In this document: positions 1-14,228 of the stretch, piece by piece | How the letters are laid out: every line of letters starts with the position of its first letter | Numbering within the stretch: the stretch's first letter is position 1 | Assembly: GCA_951406725.2 (NCBI GenBank) | Contig: OX597821.1 | Location: forward strand, 109,926,001-109,990,000 | Length of the DNA stretch: 64,000 bases | Source of the DNA: Octopus vulgaris | Taxonomy: Eukaryota | Reading direction: 5' to 3' | Notes under the pieces: model-generated | Databases searched by the model: none | What the model saw: only the letters and a program-made list of their open reading frames with translations | Told to the model about the DNA's origin: nothing | Translations under genes and position numbers: made by a program

Positions 1-895
1 ATATTAACAGAGCATATAATACAGAGTACAAATACAGGAAACTAAGGGGAGAAGTTATGGTATTACAGGCCTGACAGCTGTTTCTAGAGGCTCGGAATTA
101 CATAACAATTTTTGCAGATGTAGTTCGCAAAACGTCAAGCATATGCAACCAGTAGTGGATGTATATAAACATTAAGGTTAATCCGGCTCCCGTCTGCAGG
201 GTGGAAGGATTGACATTTAATATTTTTTTAATGTAAAGTGTTTTGCCCAAGATGATTCATTTGGTTTGAAACAATCTATAATTCAGAAAAGGTTTGAAAC
301 CAAACCTTCCGGAAAATCGATGGTGTATATGTATACTTCAGATAACATAGTTCGGCATACTATAGTCATTTAAATTAACAGGATGGTCATGACTGGACCG
401 CTTTTGCCCACACGATTATTTAATCGGAACTGACTGAAGTTTAAACAAGATGACTGACATATAAGAGAAAGTAGTTCTGGATATCAACACTTTCTATATG
501 ACGATGAAGCCATGGATGGATCTTTTTGTTCACATGCCTGTTAGAACAGGGCTGACTCGGGGTTAAACACAACCATTAACAACAACAAAAGCTAAAACAA
601 CAGCAAGATGTATAGTAGTTGAAATAATATCTAATATATTTAATGAAGTGGAATATAATTAGACAGATATCCATGTGTGCGTGTGTGCGCGTGTGTGCAT
701 GTGCGAATGTGTGTGTGTGTGCGCGTGTGTGTGCATGCGTGTGTGTGAGTGCGTGTGCGTGTGTGTTATTTCTGCTAATCACATTGTTTTGGTAGAGTTT
801 GTAGGAAGTGACGATAACTTCGTGGGAGATTATATAAAACTAATGAAAGAAAAGCAATAGTTTGTTACAACCAGGTGTTTATATAGAGGGCTGTA

Positions 896-943
<48 letters not shown>

Positions 944-1078
944 CATACACACGCACTCGTGTGTGTGTGTATATGTATGTAGTGTGTGCCCGCGTGCTTG
1001 CATTCTCTTAAGGTCGTAATGGGTGGTAGCAAGTCATTTACTCACGCACACAGACACACATACACATACACAAGCACA

Positions 1079-1141
<63 letters not shown>

Positions 1142-2057
1142 ACACACACACACACTTGTGTAGATAATTACATACACTAATAGGTATTTAAATAGATAGA
1201 TAATGCGGATGTATATGTTTGCTTTCAAATGAATACGCATATATACTTCCATGTATATAAACATACACTCATGTAGATGTATATACATGCGTGTGTGCTT
1301 GTGTGTGTAATTGTGTGCGTTTGAGCACACACACTCAACACACTAATGCACACACTCATACACACACATATCCCTACGTACATAAATGTAGACATACATA
1401 CACATATATAACTACATACGTATGCATGCACATATACATAAATACATACAAGAATTATCTGAAACTGAAAATGTACAAAGACTTACTCTTCTTTCCGAAA
1501 ACTTTCGTAACAAATCTTTTCCAAAAGAAAGTTTCATAACAATTCTTTTGTCATTTTAAGTAGTTATTGAATCCCACTCCCAAAGAATACGAAACGTGGC
1601 CAAAATTTTTTTAAGATATCTGGATCCATTCCGCTGTGATATCCTAGATCAACCTTCTCTCAAAAATTACAAGGAGATCGGATTATCTCGCAAGAATTTG
1701 TTCACTTAGCAACTTAAGACACCATTTGTAAGATCAAGGAAAAATATTATTCTGTCGGGCATACACAGAGATGACGGACACGGCAGTGGTCAATGTTTCG
1801 AAGATGCTGGTCCAGTTTCGAAGATGTTGGCCCATGAAGATGCTGGTCATGTCTGTTTGGCTAAAACATAATAAAGGGATCACAGTACAACATGAAATTA
1901 AGGAAAATATAAGGTGTACATATAGGTATAATTGTGAGTGTGTGTGTATATCGCCATACACACACATACACATATGTATGTATGTATCTATCTATATCTA
2001 TCTGTCTATCTATCAATCTGTCCATCTATCTAGTTATCTATCTATCTATATATCTCC

Positions 2058-2089
<32 letters not shown>

Positions 2090-2090
2090 G

Positions 2091-2143
<53 letters not shown>

Positions 2144-2144
2144 A

Positions 2145-2360
2145 TTCTTTATTCTTTTATTCTTTTAGTTGTTTCAGTCATTTGATTGCGGCCATGCTGG
2201 AGCACTGCCTTTAGTCGAACAAATCGACCACAGGACTTATTCTTTGTAAGCCTAGTATTTATTTTATCGGTCTCTTTTGGGAACCGCTACGTAAACGTAA
2301 ACACACCAAACATCGGTTGTCGAGCGATGCTGAGGGGACGAACGCAGACACAAAACTACA
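2145..2360 (-). mobile_element. SINE family A, 3' half
   Basis: Reverse complement of the family A tail. Confidence 0.8.
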
Positions 2361-2373
2361 TGCATACATATTC

Positions 2374-2448
<75 letters not shown>

Positions 2449-2639
2449 ATACAGATACACACATACATACACACACACGCTCACACGCGCGTGCGCGCAC
2501 ACACACATATAGAGTCAAGGGATAAGATCCAGAGATGCTCAATATAGAAAATACCCTCCCTGATCAAATGATTTGTTCTGCAAATAAATAAACATCTATA
2601 TGAACGTTCATCTGAATATTTTCAGTTTGATAGTCTTTT

Positions 2640-2686
<47 letters not shown>

Positions 2687-3540
2687 AATCCAAACGGGAA
2701 AACAAAAAAACAACAACAATGGAACAATTACAGTATTATTATTAATAGGCGCTCAGGAAATGGAAGCAGGAAGGTATGACGTTTCGAGCGGAGCTCTTCG
2801 TCGGAAACATAAAGAAGGAAGAGAGAGGAAAGAAAGATCCCAAAGCGGGCAACAGGGATAGAGAAAAAAAAAACGACTGGTGTTTACGAGTTACACATGG
2901 TGAAAGGCGGAAGTTTACGATAACAAGAGCAAAGTAGGTTTTTAAAGGCAAAAGAGTGGAGACAAGGTTGGTAACGCAACAGATGTGTGTGTATGTGTGA
3001 GTGTGTGCGTGTGCGTGTGTGTATGTGTGTGTGTGAGGCGAGATAAAAAAAACAAAAAATATATGTATGTGTTAGTGTGTGCGTCTGTGTGTAGGCGTGT
3101 GAGGTAGGGCGAGACAGTGGTAGGCATAGCAGACACTGGTCAGTAGTAAGAAAAAGAAGGAAGGAGGAAGGGAGGGAGGGGAAGGGGGTGGGGGCGTATG
3201 TAGCGTGCCAGCGTGTGTGTTGAGTAGTAGTGTGTGTGTGTGTGTCCAGTGTCGTGGTAGTATTAATGGCGAGTAGATTTGAAGTGTGTGTAAGAGTAAT
3301 GTATATATTTAAGCAATGTGTGTATATGTGTGCGCATGTGTGTGTGTGTGTGTGTGTATACTTTATATGTGCAGCCCACGCGGTTATTTCTTCATTTGCC
3401 TCATTCTCTCCCTTATTCTATCTCTCTCTCCCTCTCGGTGTGTTTTCTTTCTTTACTTTCCTTTCCTGAGCGTCCAATAACACAGTACTTGTTACATGTC
3501 TTCGCGCTATTATTTCTTCTTGATTGTTCTTGTTTATATA

Positions 3541-3615
<75 letters not shown>

Positions 3616-3657
3616 GAAAGAATGGAGTCGAACGAATATTTTAACAAAATTCCTTTA

Positions 3658-3740
3658 CTTTCGACACATGTTTCGAAGACCGCATACTCTTAATTCTGAA
3701 GGAATAAAAGGTGCATTATGCCGTCTTCTCCTCAGGAAAG
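3658..3740 (-). ncRNA. Type I hammerhead ribozyme motif (PLE pseudo-LTR associated)
   Basis: Minus strand reads CUUUC-CUGAGGA-GAAGACgGCAUA..UAUGCgGUCUUC-GAAA-CAUGUG-UC|GAAAG: intact core, 5-bp stem I, long stem II, GUC cleavage triplet. Confidence 0.85.
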
Positions 3741-3828
3741 ACAAGGAACCTCTATCAGTCTCAAGACGAACAAAAACTTTTTGATGACTGCCTACATTGT
3801 GTCCATATTAGGATAATTCATTCACCTA

Positions 3829-3877
<49 letters not shown>

Positions 3878-4027
3878 GGAAAGTTTACGAAAATAAACAA
3901 AAGACGAAGGCAGGTGGAGTACAAACAAACAAATGTATTAGTATAGCGCTCAGGAATAGCAAAAGTCTTTTACGTTTCGAGCCTACGCTCTTCGACAGAA
4001 AGATACACAGAAAAAAACAAGGAGAGA

Positions 4028-4073
<46 letters not shown>

Positions 4074-4102
4074 TAGATATATATATATATATATATAGAT
4101 AT

Positions 4103-4182
<80 letters not shown>

Positions 4183-4184
<2 letters not shown>

Positions 4185-4693
4185 TCAGATGAATATGGTA
4201 CTTAAGTTAAAGGCATCAGAATTTAGTATGGTATTATCCTTACAATTTAAAATAAGATGATTATAATCAAAATAAGCAACAAGGACATCCAGAGTGTAAT
4301 GCAGTACGATCGTTTCATGCAACTCCATTTAATTTTACAATGCAAACAATACATCAATTTTAAAAGTAGAGCAATTGCACAAAAAACATAGAATTTAAAT
4401 TCGAAGGACTCATTATTATAATTTTATCCAAAATCTCCAAGAGGATAAAGAGATAGACAAAGAACATATTTTACGAAAAACATCACAGTTGCAACTGAAA
4501 ATTATACTAATGAGTCCTTCGAATTTAATTAAATTCTATGTTTTTTTTGTTTTTGTTTTTGTGCAGCTGAAGATTGCGCTACATTTTAAATTGATGTAAT
4601 GTTTGCATTGTTCAATTAAACAATTAAATGGAGTCGCATGGAACGATCGTACTGCATTACCTCTGGATATTCTTGTTGCTTGTTTTGATTATA
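4183..4693. mobile_element. Inverted pseudo-LTR-like pair
   Basis: Arms ~4258-4425 and ~4497-4693 are inverted; contain hammerhead parts; left part homologous to ~30603-30750. Confidence 0.65.
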
Positions 4694-4714
4694 TATGTAT
4701 ATATATATATTATA

Positions 4715-4877
4715 GGCGTAGGAGTGGCTGTGTGGTAAGTAGCTTGCTTACCAACCACATGGTTCTGGGTTCAGTCCTACTGCGTGGCCCCTTGGGCAAG
4801 AGTCTTCTACTATAGCCCCAGGCCGACCAAAGCCTTGTGAGTTGATTTGGTAGATGGAAACTGAAAGAAGACCGTCG

Positions 4878-4956
<79 letters not shown>

Positions 4957-5171
4957 ATGTGTGTGTGTGCATGTGTGTGTCTGTGATTTTCCCCCACCAT
5001 CGCTTGGCAAACGATGCTGGTAATTTACGTTCCTGTAAGTTAGCGGAGACCGATAGAATAAGTACAAGGCTTACAAAGAATAAATCCTGGGGTCAATTTG
5101 TCCCGACTAAAGGTGGTGCTCTAGCATGGCCGCAGTCAAACGACTGAAGCAAATAAAAGAATAAAAGAATA
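4715..5171 (+). mobile_element. SINE family A (tRNA-like head, internal (TA)n(TG)n, (TAAAAGAA) tail)
   Basis: Head GGCGTAGGAGTGGCTGTGTGGTAAG..GGTTCAGTCC; tail ..CAGCATGGCCGCAGTCAAATGACTGAAAC; more than 12 homologous copies in the window. Confidence 0.9.
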
Positions 5172-5177
5172 GAAGAC

Positions 5178-5219
<42 letters not shown>

Positions 5220-5510
5220 GTGTAATAAATAAAATATATGCATACATACAAACATATATGTACGTACCGACATCTACATGTATATATACATGCATATATA
5301 AATATATATACGTACAGGACACCACAAGAAGACGTAAAAATCAACAGAAACGAAAACGGAAAAGCCATTTTGTTACAACAGAAGGACAGGACGAAACGAA
5401 ATCGGGAAAAACAATTATGTACAGCAGAAAAACGAAGTACAGGACATGCTGCACAAGGAAAAATCCCCTTCATCAGCTGTCGCTAGCAGACATAGCGTGT
5501 TTCGAAGGCA

Positions 5511-5653
5511 CAGGGTGGTCCAAAAGTAGGTTTATAGTTATTTAATTATGAAAAAATATGAAAATATTATCCTATGCTAATTTAATTAATTGTAAGATAG
5601 AAATTTAAAAAGTGCCTATGTGATACATGTAAACCAACTTTTGGGCCACCCTG
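5511..5653. mobile_element. Tc1/mariner-type MITE
   Basis: TIRs CAGGGTGGTCCAAAAGTAGGTTTA / TAAACCAACTTTTGGGCCACCCTG; TA on the right flank. Confidence 0.75.
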
Positions 5654-6006
5654 TATATATATATATTAGATACATACAAAATTAAATATGTACATATACA
5701 CACAAAGGCACAACACGAGCACCTAAATCGCTAAAAATAGAAGTCAAAAATACTTGTGTACTAGCGAATAGTCACAAATCTATTACAGACATCCCATTGA
5801 TATTTTTTCTTGTCATGTCTGTCATAGATTTGTGACAATTCAGTGGTACAGAAGTATTTTTAACTTCTATTTTTAGCAATATAGGTACTCATGTAGTGCC
5901 CTTGTGTATATATGTACATATCTAATATTGTATATATATATATATGTTATTAATTTGCCTGCACGGCTGATAATTCGGTTGCCACTCGTGTTGGTATTTT
6001 AATAAT

Positions 6007-6049
<43 letters not shown>

Positions 6050-6054
<5 letters not shown>

Positions 6055-6121
6055 TGCCTCCCGTCAGAACTGCACAAATGATTTGCTTACAGTGATCAAA
6101 TGTATGTGCCGCACGTTAGCG

Positions 6122-6164
<43 letters not shown>

Positions 6165-6344
6165 AAATCGACGTTGTCTTAACAGGTGCACCGTGTGCCA
6201 CGACTCACCTATTGAAGTGATCACAGAGCAACGTGAGATGGAGCTGTTTGCTCAAGTACACAGCGCATCACCCGGTCTGTGATTTGAAGCCACGATGACA
6301 CGATCGTTCATGCAGCAACCAAGCCACAAGGCCATGCGCCCTCA
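6050..6344 (-). mobile_element. Older tRNA-derived SINE (fourth family)
   Basis: Minus-strand head GAGGGCGCATGGCCTTGTGG..GGCTTCAAATC, then CTTGAGCAA core-like motif. Confidence 0.55.
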
Positions 6345-6357
6345 TTATATACATATA

Positions 6358-6438
<81 letters not shown>

Positions 6439-6467
6439 ATATATATAAATATATACATATATATGTG

Positions 6468-6498
<31 letters not shown>

Positions 6499-6501
6499 GT
6501 C

Positions 6502-6551
<50 letters not shown>

Positions 6552-6656
6552 TACATATATACATATATACATATATATATGTATATATATATATATATAT
6601 ACCAATATATATAAATATATACATATATATGTGTATATATATATATACATATATAT

Positions 6657-7859
6657 ATGTCTATATTAGAGAATAATTTCTTCACCTTCAACAACAAATT
6701 CTACAGACAGAAATCAGGGACGGCAATGGGAACGAAAACAGCTCCCACTTACGCCAACTTAGTCATGGGATACCTGGAAATCACCCTCTATAATAACGTT
6801 CTTAACCAATTTGGCACCACTCTCCACACACACATAGAGAAGAACTGGAAGAGATATCTTGATGACTGCTTCATCCTTTGGCCCGAAACCGTCGAGAAGC
6901 TTAACGAATTTCACACTCTTATAAATGGGCTCAACACAAACATTATTTTCACAATGGAATACAGCCCTCAACAAATTCCCTTCCTCGACATCCTCATTAA
7001 AATTCACAACAAAAAAATAGAAACAGACATATACTACAAGCCCACAGACTCCAAGCAATACCTCCCTTTCAATTCATGCCACCCTAGACACGTTAAAATT
7101 AACATTCCCTACAACTTAGCCAAGAGAATTTGCACTATAGTCTCCAATAAAAACACCCGTCTCTTACGTCTACAAGAACTCAAGGGCACATTAACAAGCA
7201 GGGATTACCCCACGTCACTAATTGACAATGGGATCCAACGCGCCCTAAAACTCAGCACGCAGGAACTTAGACGCCCTAAACCTGTTACATCGAAACCCCA
7301 TACTCTACCATACATCTCTACACACAACCCCCTCAACAATGAAGCTTTTGACACCATCCTCCAGAACATTCCTGTATTACAAAAGGACCATAGAATGAAC
7401 CAAATCCTCCTAACACATGAAATCATAAAGAGCAAAAGGCAACCCAAATCATTGAAAACCATCCTAACAAATGCCAAAGTACTGCCAACCACAACAACTA
7501 AACCCACAGTAAACAAATGCAATAGACCCAACTGTGGTATATGCATCAACCTAATAGAAGGTCCGGAATTCCTTTTTAAACAAGGACAACGTTTCACAGT
7601 AAAACACAACTTCACATGCGCATCAGAAAACCTAGTATATGTCTTAACTTGCTCGGGCTGTAATGAACACTACATAGGCCAAACAAAAAATAGCCTCCGC
7701 CAACGCATGACTGTCCACAGATCCCAAATAAAAATACAGGAATATAGAAAAATAGCATTTAGTGCACATATTGATACCTGTGCCGCACAACTCCATCCTA
7801 ATTTTAGGATCTTCCCCTCTACAAATTTAAAGACAATGCCACTCATACCCAGCGAATAA
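6657..7859 (+). mobile_element. Penelope-like retroelement, 5'-truncated ORF (C-terminal RT + GIY-YIG endonuclease)
   Basis: 400-aa ORF with PLE RT motifs QKSGTAMGTKTAPTYANL, WKRYLDDCF, IPFLDILI, DIYYKPTD..YL, SCHP, a Cys-rich linker (CNRPNCGIC) and GIY-YIG region NLVYVLTC..C..HYIGQT..LRQRMTVH. It starts abruptly after a (TA)n tract, and the C-terminus appears frameshifted near 7815. Confidence 0.95.
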
Positions 7860-8730
7860 CCATGGAATCCCACCTTATTAATAAATACAGACCACTTCTA
7901 AACACATGCCCCTAACACGAACCCACAACAAACACACTTACACCTGCACACACCCTACACACACCTTTACCCAGATATTAACACCATGACACACACAAAT
8001 ATATGGTTCCACACATACACATAATTGAATACGGGTGCAAAACATCCAACACTATTTTTTGGAAATGGCTGTAAATATTGACTTCACACAAATACGTTGC
8101 TTCCCGATACAGGCACAAGGCCAGCAGAACTATAAATATTGAAAATTGTACCCACACACACACACATATATACACGCGCGCGCGCCCCAACATACATATA
8201 AACACACACACGCGCGCGCGCGCACACACATACATACATACAGCTCTCCCTGTTCTAAACGAACTTACTTATCCAGTCAAGCGGAAAATACACTCCCTAA
8301 CTACGCGCTAAAAAGCTATTTAAAATATCCACATGACGTCTACTGACCAGCCTGAACAATAAGAATTTTCAACAACACTATTTTCGAAAATTCTAAACAT
8401 TCACGTGACCTCTTTATTATGGCCAATAAGAAATTTTAGGCGGGACACTAGCCAAATTTTAACTTCTCTGGAGCCTTTTTTCTTACCCCAACACCAACTT
8501 CCATTCAAACATTCACGTGACCCCTTCATAATGACCAATCAAAATTTTAGGCGCGAAACCAAGCAAATCCCAAACAACTCTGGAGCCTCTTTTTTTCACA
8601 TATAAGAGACAGACTCTAATCTCTCTTTTATATTTTGATAAGCATAACAAATGCGCAACCGGTAAAAAGAACTTTCACCTAATTAAATTACTTAAATTAC
8701 TTCAATTATTTGTCAGCATTTTCTTCATTT
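7860..8730 (+). mobile_element. 3' non-coding/pseudo-LTR region of the Penelope-like element
   Basis: Follows the ORF directly. Contains ~110-bp tandem units (CACGTGACC..CCAAT..TTTTAGGCG) at ~8325-8600 and a degenerate hammerhead-like motif at ~8632-8669, and ends at a (TA)n tract. Confidence 0.6.
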
Positions 8731-8774
<44 letters not shown>

Positions 8775-8807
8775 CTACATATATACATATATACATATAT
8801 ACATATA

Positions 8808-8853
<46 letters not shown>

Positions 8854-8968
8854 TATATACATATATATATATACATACATCCACGCACACACACACATAT
8901 GCAGGAGGTAAGCGTTTGTATGTATATATATATATATGAGCTTATGTGTATGTATGTGTCTTTGTATG

Positions 8969-9008
<40 letters not shown>

Positions 9009-9350
9009 CATGTATGTGTTTGTGGCGACATAGATTTCGATGAATATTCTTTTCCCGGCCCACATACACACACATACATACATACATACACTCTCACACA
9101 GACGAATATGCCTGTGCCTGCAAATTACATGTGTCTTGCGTGCGTGTGTGTGTGTGCATGCATGTGTGTATGTCTATGTGTATGTATATGTGTGTGTGTA
9201 TGTGAGAGTGAGAGATAGAGCGTGCATGTGCGTTAGAGTGTGTTTGTGTGTGTATGTGTGTTCATGCGCATTTCTGTTACATCACGAACAACCCTCTTCC
9301 TAGCAAGCCTAAAGATATACATATATATACATACACATATATATACATAC

Positions 9351-9409
<59 letters not shown>

Positions 9410-10034
9410 TACATATACATTTATATGCATATACACATGCACACACCTATATATTTATATATGTGTATAAATTAGCACAAATTAGTGAGTAGATTTCGCC
9501 TAATCTAAAACAAACCTTTATTATGAGGAACTCAATTACTCTCGGCACACACTGGCTTTGTTTGTCTAGTAATGTTGTAAGTTTTTGCAGGGTTTTTTTT
9601 TTACTCCATTTTCCTTTTTGGTTTTTATTCTATTTTTTAATCTATGTTTTATTTATTTATTTATTTATTTATTTTATTAAGAACTCTCAACGTTTATATG
9701 TAGATGGCTGCACAAACATATATACATACATATATGTATGTCTACGCACACGCTCGCGCATAAGCACACGCTCACACATACTTACATTCACACACACGCA
9801 TATGTATGTGCTTGTGTGTGTGTGTGTGTGTGAGAGTGTGTGTGTGTGCGTGTGTGTGCGTGTGAAAGAATAGTATATGACGGAAATGGATGACATACAC
9901 CTAATAAGTGCATACATATGTCGTCCGTCTTTACGTTCTGGGTTCAAATTCCGCCGTGGTTGACTTTGCATTTCATCCTTTCGGGGTCGATGGCACAAGT
10001 TCCATTTGAATAATAGTGTTGATGTAATTGACAA

Positions 10035-10293
10035 TTCCTATGATAATAGGCGCATTAGGTATGATAAAAAAAATGTTTCAGACAAATACATAACAAAAAC
10101 ACCAGGACTTACAAATATATATATAACATACTGAAAATTGCACTACTGGGCACTGCACACTTCCTACGTAAATCACTTTCAATACGGTGAAAATAAGAGC
10201 ACCACAACAAACTACAGCACATACCCAAGGCACACAGATCTGCCTCTCGGTAGTGAAATGAAAGCACGTCATGAAAATAAGAATACTGGAAAA
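10035..10293 (+). mobile_element. Short 3' fragment of the same LINE family as 35764-38370
   Basis: Homologous to the reverse complement of ~35765-36015 (GALG..IQKIALLGTAHILR and 3' UTR); ends in (AAT)n. Confidence 0.85.
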
Positions 10294-10295
10294 TG

Positions 10296-10362
<67 letters not shown>

Positions 10363-10363
<1 letters not shown>

Positions 10364-11860
10364 CCTTTTTATTGGTCAAAGCTAAATGGTCCGAATCTAG
10401 TGAAATCTGTAAATACTTGGTCAGTATCATTACTTAGATATTCAGCAGCTTTTGTGGATTGGACAAAAACTGAATTAGAAAGATTGGCAGAAGATCAAGA
10501 AAGGAAATCAATATGAATGGAGGACTCCATCCAAGGACAGGAGTCACATGATTATACCTACCTGGAAAGGTTTAATATCGGTAGAAGATTGCGTGGTGTT
10601 AGGCAGAGTAGATATAGACTTCTACGTAGGTAATAGTGAAGAAAGTTTATTAAAAGCTGCTAGATTCACAGCAAGACATAGGGAAGCCAAAAACCCAAAC
10701 GAAGATAAAAAGCACAAAAAAGGACAGAAATTATCTGACTGACAAGAGAAGACGTTGCATGGTAGATTGCCAAAGACAGTTGCAGCAAATAGAATAGTGA
10801 GACATGGTTATGGTTGCAGAAAGAGAAGCTGAAGAAAGAGACAGAAAGTGTGTTAGTAGCTGCATAAGATCAAGCATTAAGAACTAATTGGATAAAAGCT
10901 AAGAAAGATAAAACACCAAGTAGATTCCCAGTGTAGATTATGTAATTCAAAGGAGGAAAGCGTTATACATATAGTAAGTGAATGTAGCATGCTAGCATAG
11001 AAAGAATAGAAGGAAAGATATGACAATCTAGGGAGAGCAATCCACTGGGACCTATGTAGAAAGCTAGGATTTGAACATACGGATAAATGGTATGAACATG
11101 AACCTAGTAAAGTACTAGAAAGTAAGAAATATAAAGTAAATATAAAGTAAAGTCAATACCACCATGACTGATATCCAATCTACAGTGGAGAATGCTAGCC
11201 ACTGGATTTGGTTAAAAAGAGACGATGAGCGATGGCTAGAATGATATTGAGCTTTATTTGATAACCAGCTGATCTAGCAAGCAGGGCCCCATATCAGTGA
11301 GGGGGGCCGGTGCGCATTGATGCCGTCGAAAGGTAGGCCCCGAAACGGCGTGCATTCTCTCCTAATGACCCCATATACTTGCTGGCTTCCGGTATACGGA
11401 GCTTTTGACTGGTAGCACTTACCTGTGCAAGTTGTTTGCAAGACATTGTGGGACTTTAACATGCAGACTGACAGAGTAATAGAAGCTAGAATGACTAATT
11501 TGATAGTAGTAATAGATAAAGAGAATAGAAAGTGCCAGATAATTGACCTTACAGTCCCAAATGATGGAAAAAATTAATATGAGGAGTTTAGAAATAATAG
11601 CAAAGTACTAGGATCTAGCTATTCAATAATAGAGACGATGGAAGGTGCGAGCAAAATGTATCCCAGTTGTTATAGGAGCACTGGGAACGATCCCTAAAGA
11701 TTTGAACATGTAGATAACGGAAATAGGCACAAAACCCAGTTTAGTACAGCTCCAGAAAACAGTGTTATTATGGACAGCTAGGCTTCTTAAGAGGGTTTTT
11801 GGCATCTAACGTTACTTGCTGTAATCCAATACGAGGGTTCTTGACATCTAATGCTACTTG
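10363..11860 (+). mobile_element. Degenerate R4/Dong-type LINE 3' half (different subfamily)
   Basis: KLNGPNLVKSVNTWSVSLLRYS, QEKTLHG, CRLCNSKEESVIHIVSEC, KWYEHEP, LWDFNMQTDRVIEAR, IPVVIGALGTIP; many stops; ~290-bp insertion at ~11140-11440; (AAT)n on both sides. Confidence 0.85.
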
Positions 11861-12003
11861 TTAGGATATTTTTTCTTTTTCAACAGTTTAATCCGCTGAG
11901 TATATATGAAAATAATAATGATAATAATAATAATAACAACAACAACAGCAACAACAACAACAACAACAACAACAATAATAACAATAACAATAACAATAAC
12001 AAT

Positions 12004-12652
<649 letters not shown>

Positions 12653-12803
12653 ATAATAATAATAATAATAATCCTTTCTATTAGAGGCACAAGTCCTGAA
12701 ATTCTGGAGGGATGGGGATAGTCGATCACATCGACCCCAGTGCTTGACTGGTATTTCATTTATTGATTCCGAAAGGCAAAGTCAACCCTGGTGGTATTTG
12801 ATG

Positions 12804-12872
<69 letters not shown>

Positions 12873-12951
12873 GTGATGATGATGGTGATGATGATGATAA
12901 TAAAAATAATAATAAGAAGAAGAAGAAGAAGAAGAAGAAGAATGATGATGG

Positions 12952-13049
<98 letters not shown>

Positions 13050-14184
13050 TTGATAATAATAATAACAATGGCGATGATAATTGTATACTAAAATAGAAAG
13101 CAAAAGAAAAACGCATCAAATACACACACACACACACACATACATACACATGTACGCACACACACACACACAAACACAAAAACATGAACAAAGAAATACT
13201 AAAAAAAATCTAGAAAGATATACAGGGAGTAAATTAAGCATGAAATCCTAACTCCAATAGTTGTATCGTTACAGCAAATGGCGTCGTCTTCCTCCATTTT
13301 ACATTTCCATTTAACACTGCTCAACACGTCAACCTTTTCAAATCATGCGTGGCTTTAAGGTTTGCCTAAGGCGTTTGTTGTTGTATTTTAGTAGCTTTTC
13401 TTTTTTGTTGTTGTTGTTGTTGTTGCTTCGCTTTCGTTAATGATAATTACTCTTTTTGTTGTTGTTGTTGTTGTTTAGGTTGCTACTCATTAAAACATTT
13501 TGTTTGTATTTTTTTGACGAGGGTCATTATAATAATAATAATGATGAGATGGTGATAAGAATCGTTTTTTTGATATTATTTATGTTTAGTTTAGATAGTT
13601 GCGTTTTTTTTCTGTTTGCTTTGCATATTCTATTATATAGAATATACGAACTCACACACACTCAACACACTCACACACACACATACACAAACTCATACAG
13701 ACACACATACAATATCTCTAACATACACATATATGCGTATACGTCTACGTTGTATTGTTTTGTTTTTTCGAGCTCTAACTCAACGCAAATCTTGCGGGCG
13801 CCGCCGATAAATGAAGTTCCCAATCTTATCGTTAAAGGCACGAGACTGGGTTTTAGTATTTTCGATCGATAACTGATGAAGCATTAGGGTCCTTGTATTT
13901 GTCCTATGTGCACGTTTTGTAGTATTTAGTGCATTTTTCATTTATGAAATAACTGAACGCCACGCATCCTGACTTTCGCAAACAGTCAGTTTGTATATAT
14001 GTTTTCCGACTCCATTTTTCTTTCTTTCTTCCTTTCTTCCTTTCTTTCTTTCTCGCTCTAAAATTCCTTTTCTACCATTCCTACTTCCTCTCTCCCCCTC
14101 TCCCTCTCTCTCATTTCACGCTTAATTGTAGACTTCGCCCTTTCTTCCCTTCTTTTCTCTCTCTCTCTCTCCCTCCCTCACTGC

Positions 14185-14228
<44 letters not shown>

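Noticed and set aside
68-200. Hammerhead on minus strand (GAAACAGCUGUC plus CUGCAGA)
   Set aside because: Core mutated and stems weak; at most a relic.
5455-5508. Permuted hammerhead-like motif on minus strand
   Set aside because: GAAAC..GUC and CUGAUGA are present, but stem I does not pair in register.
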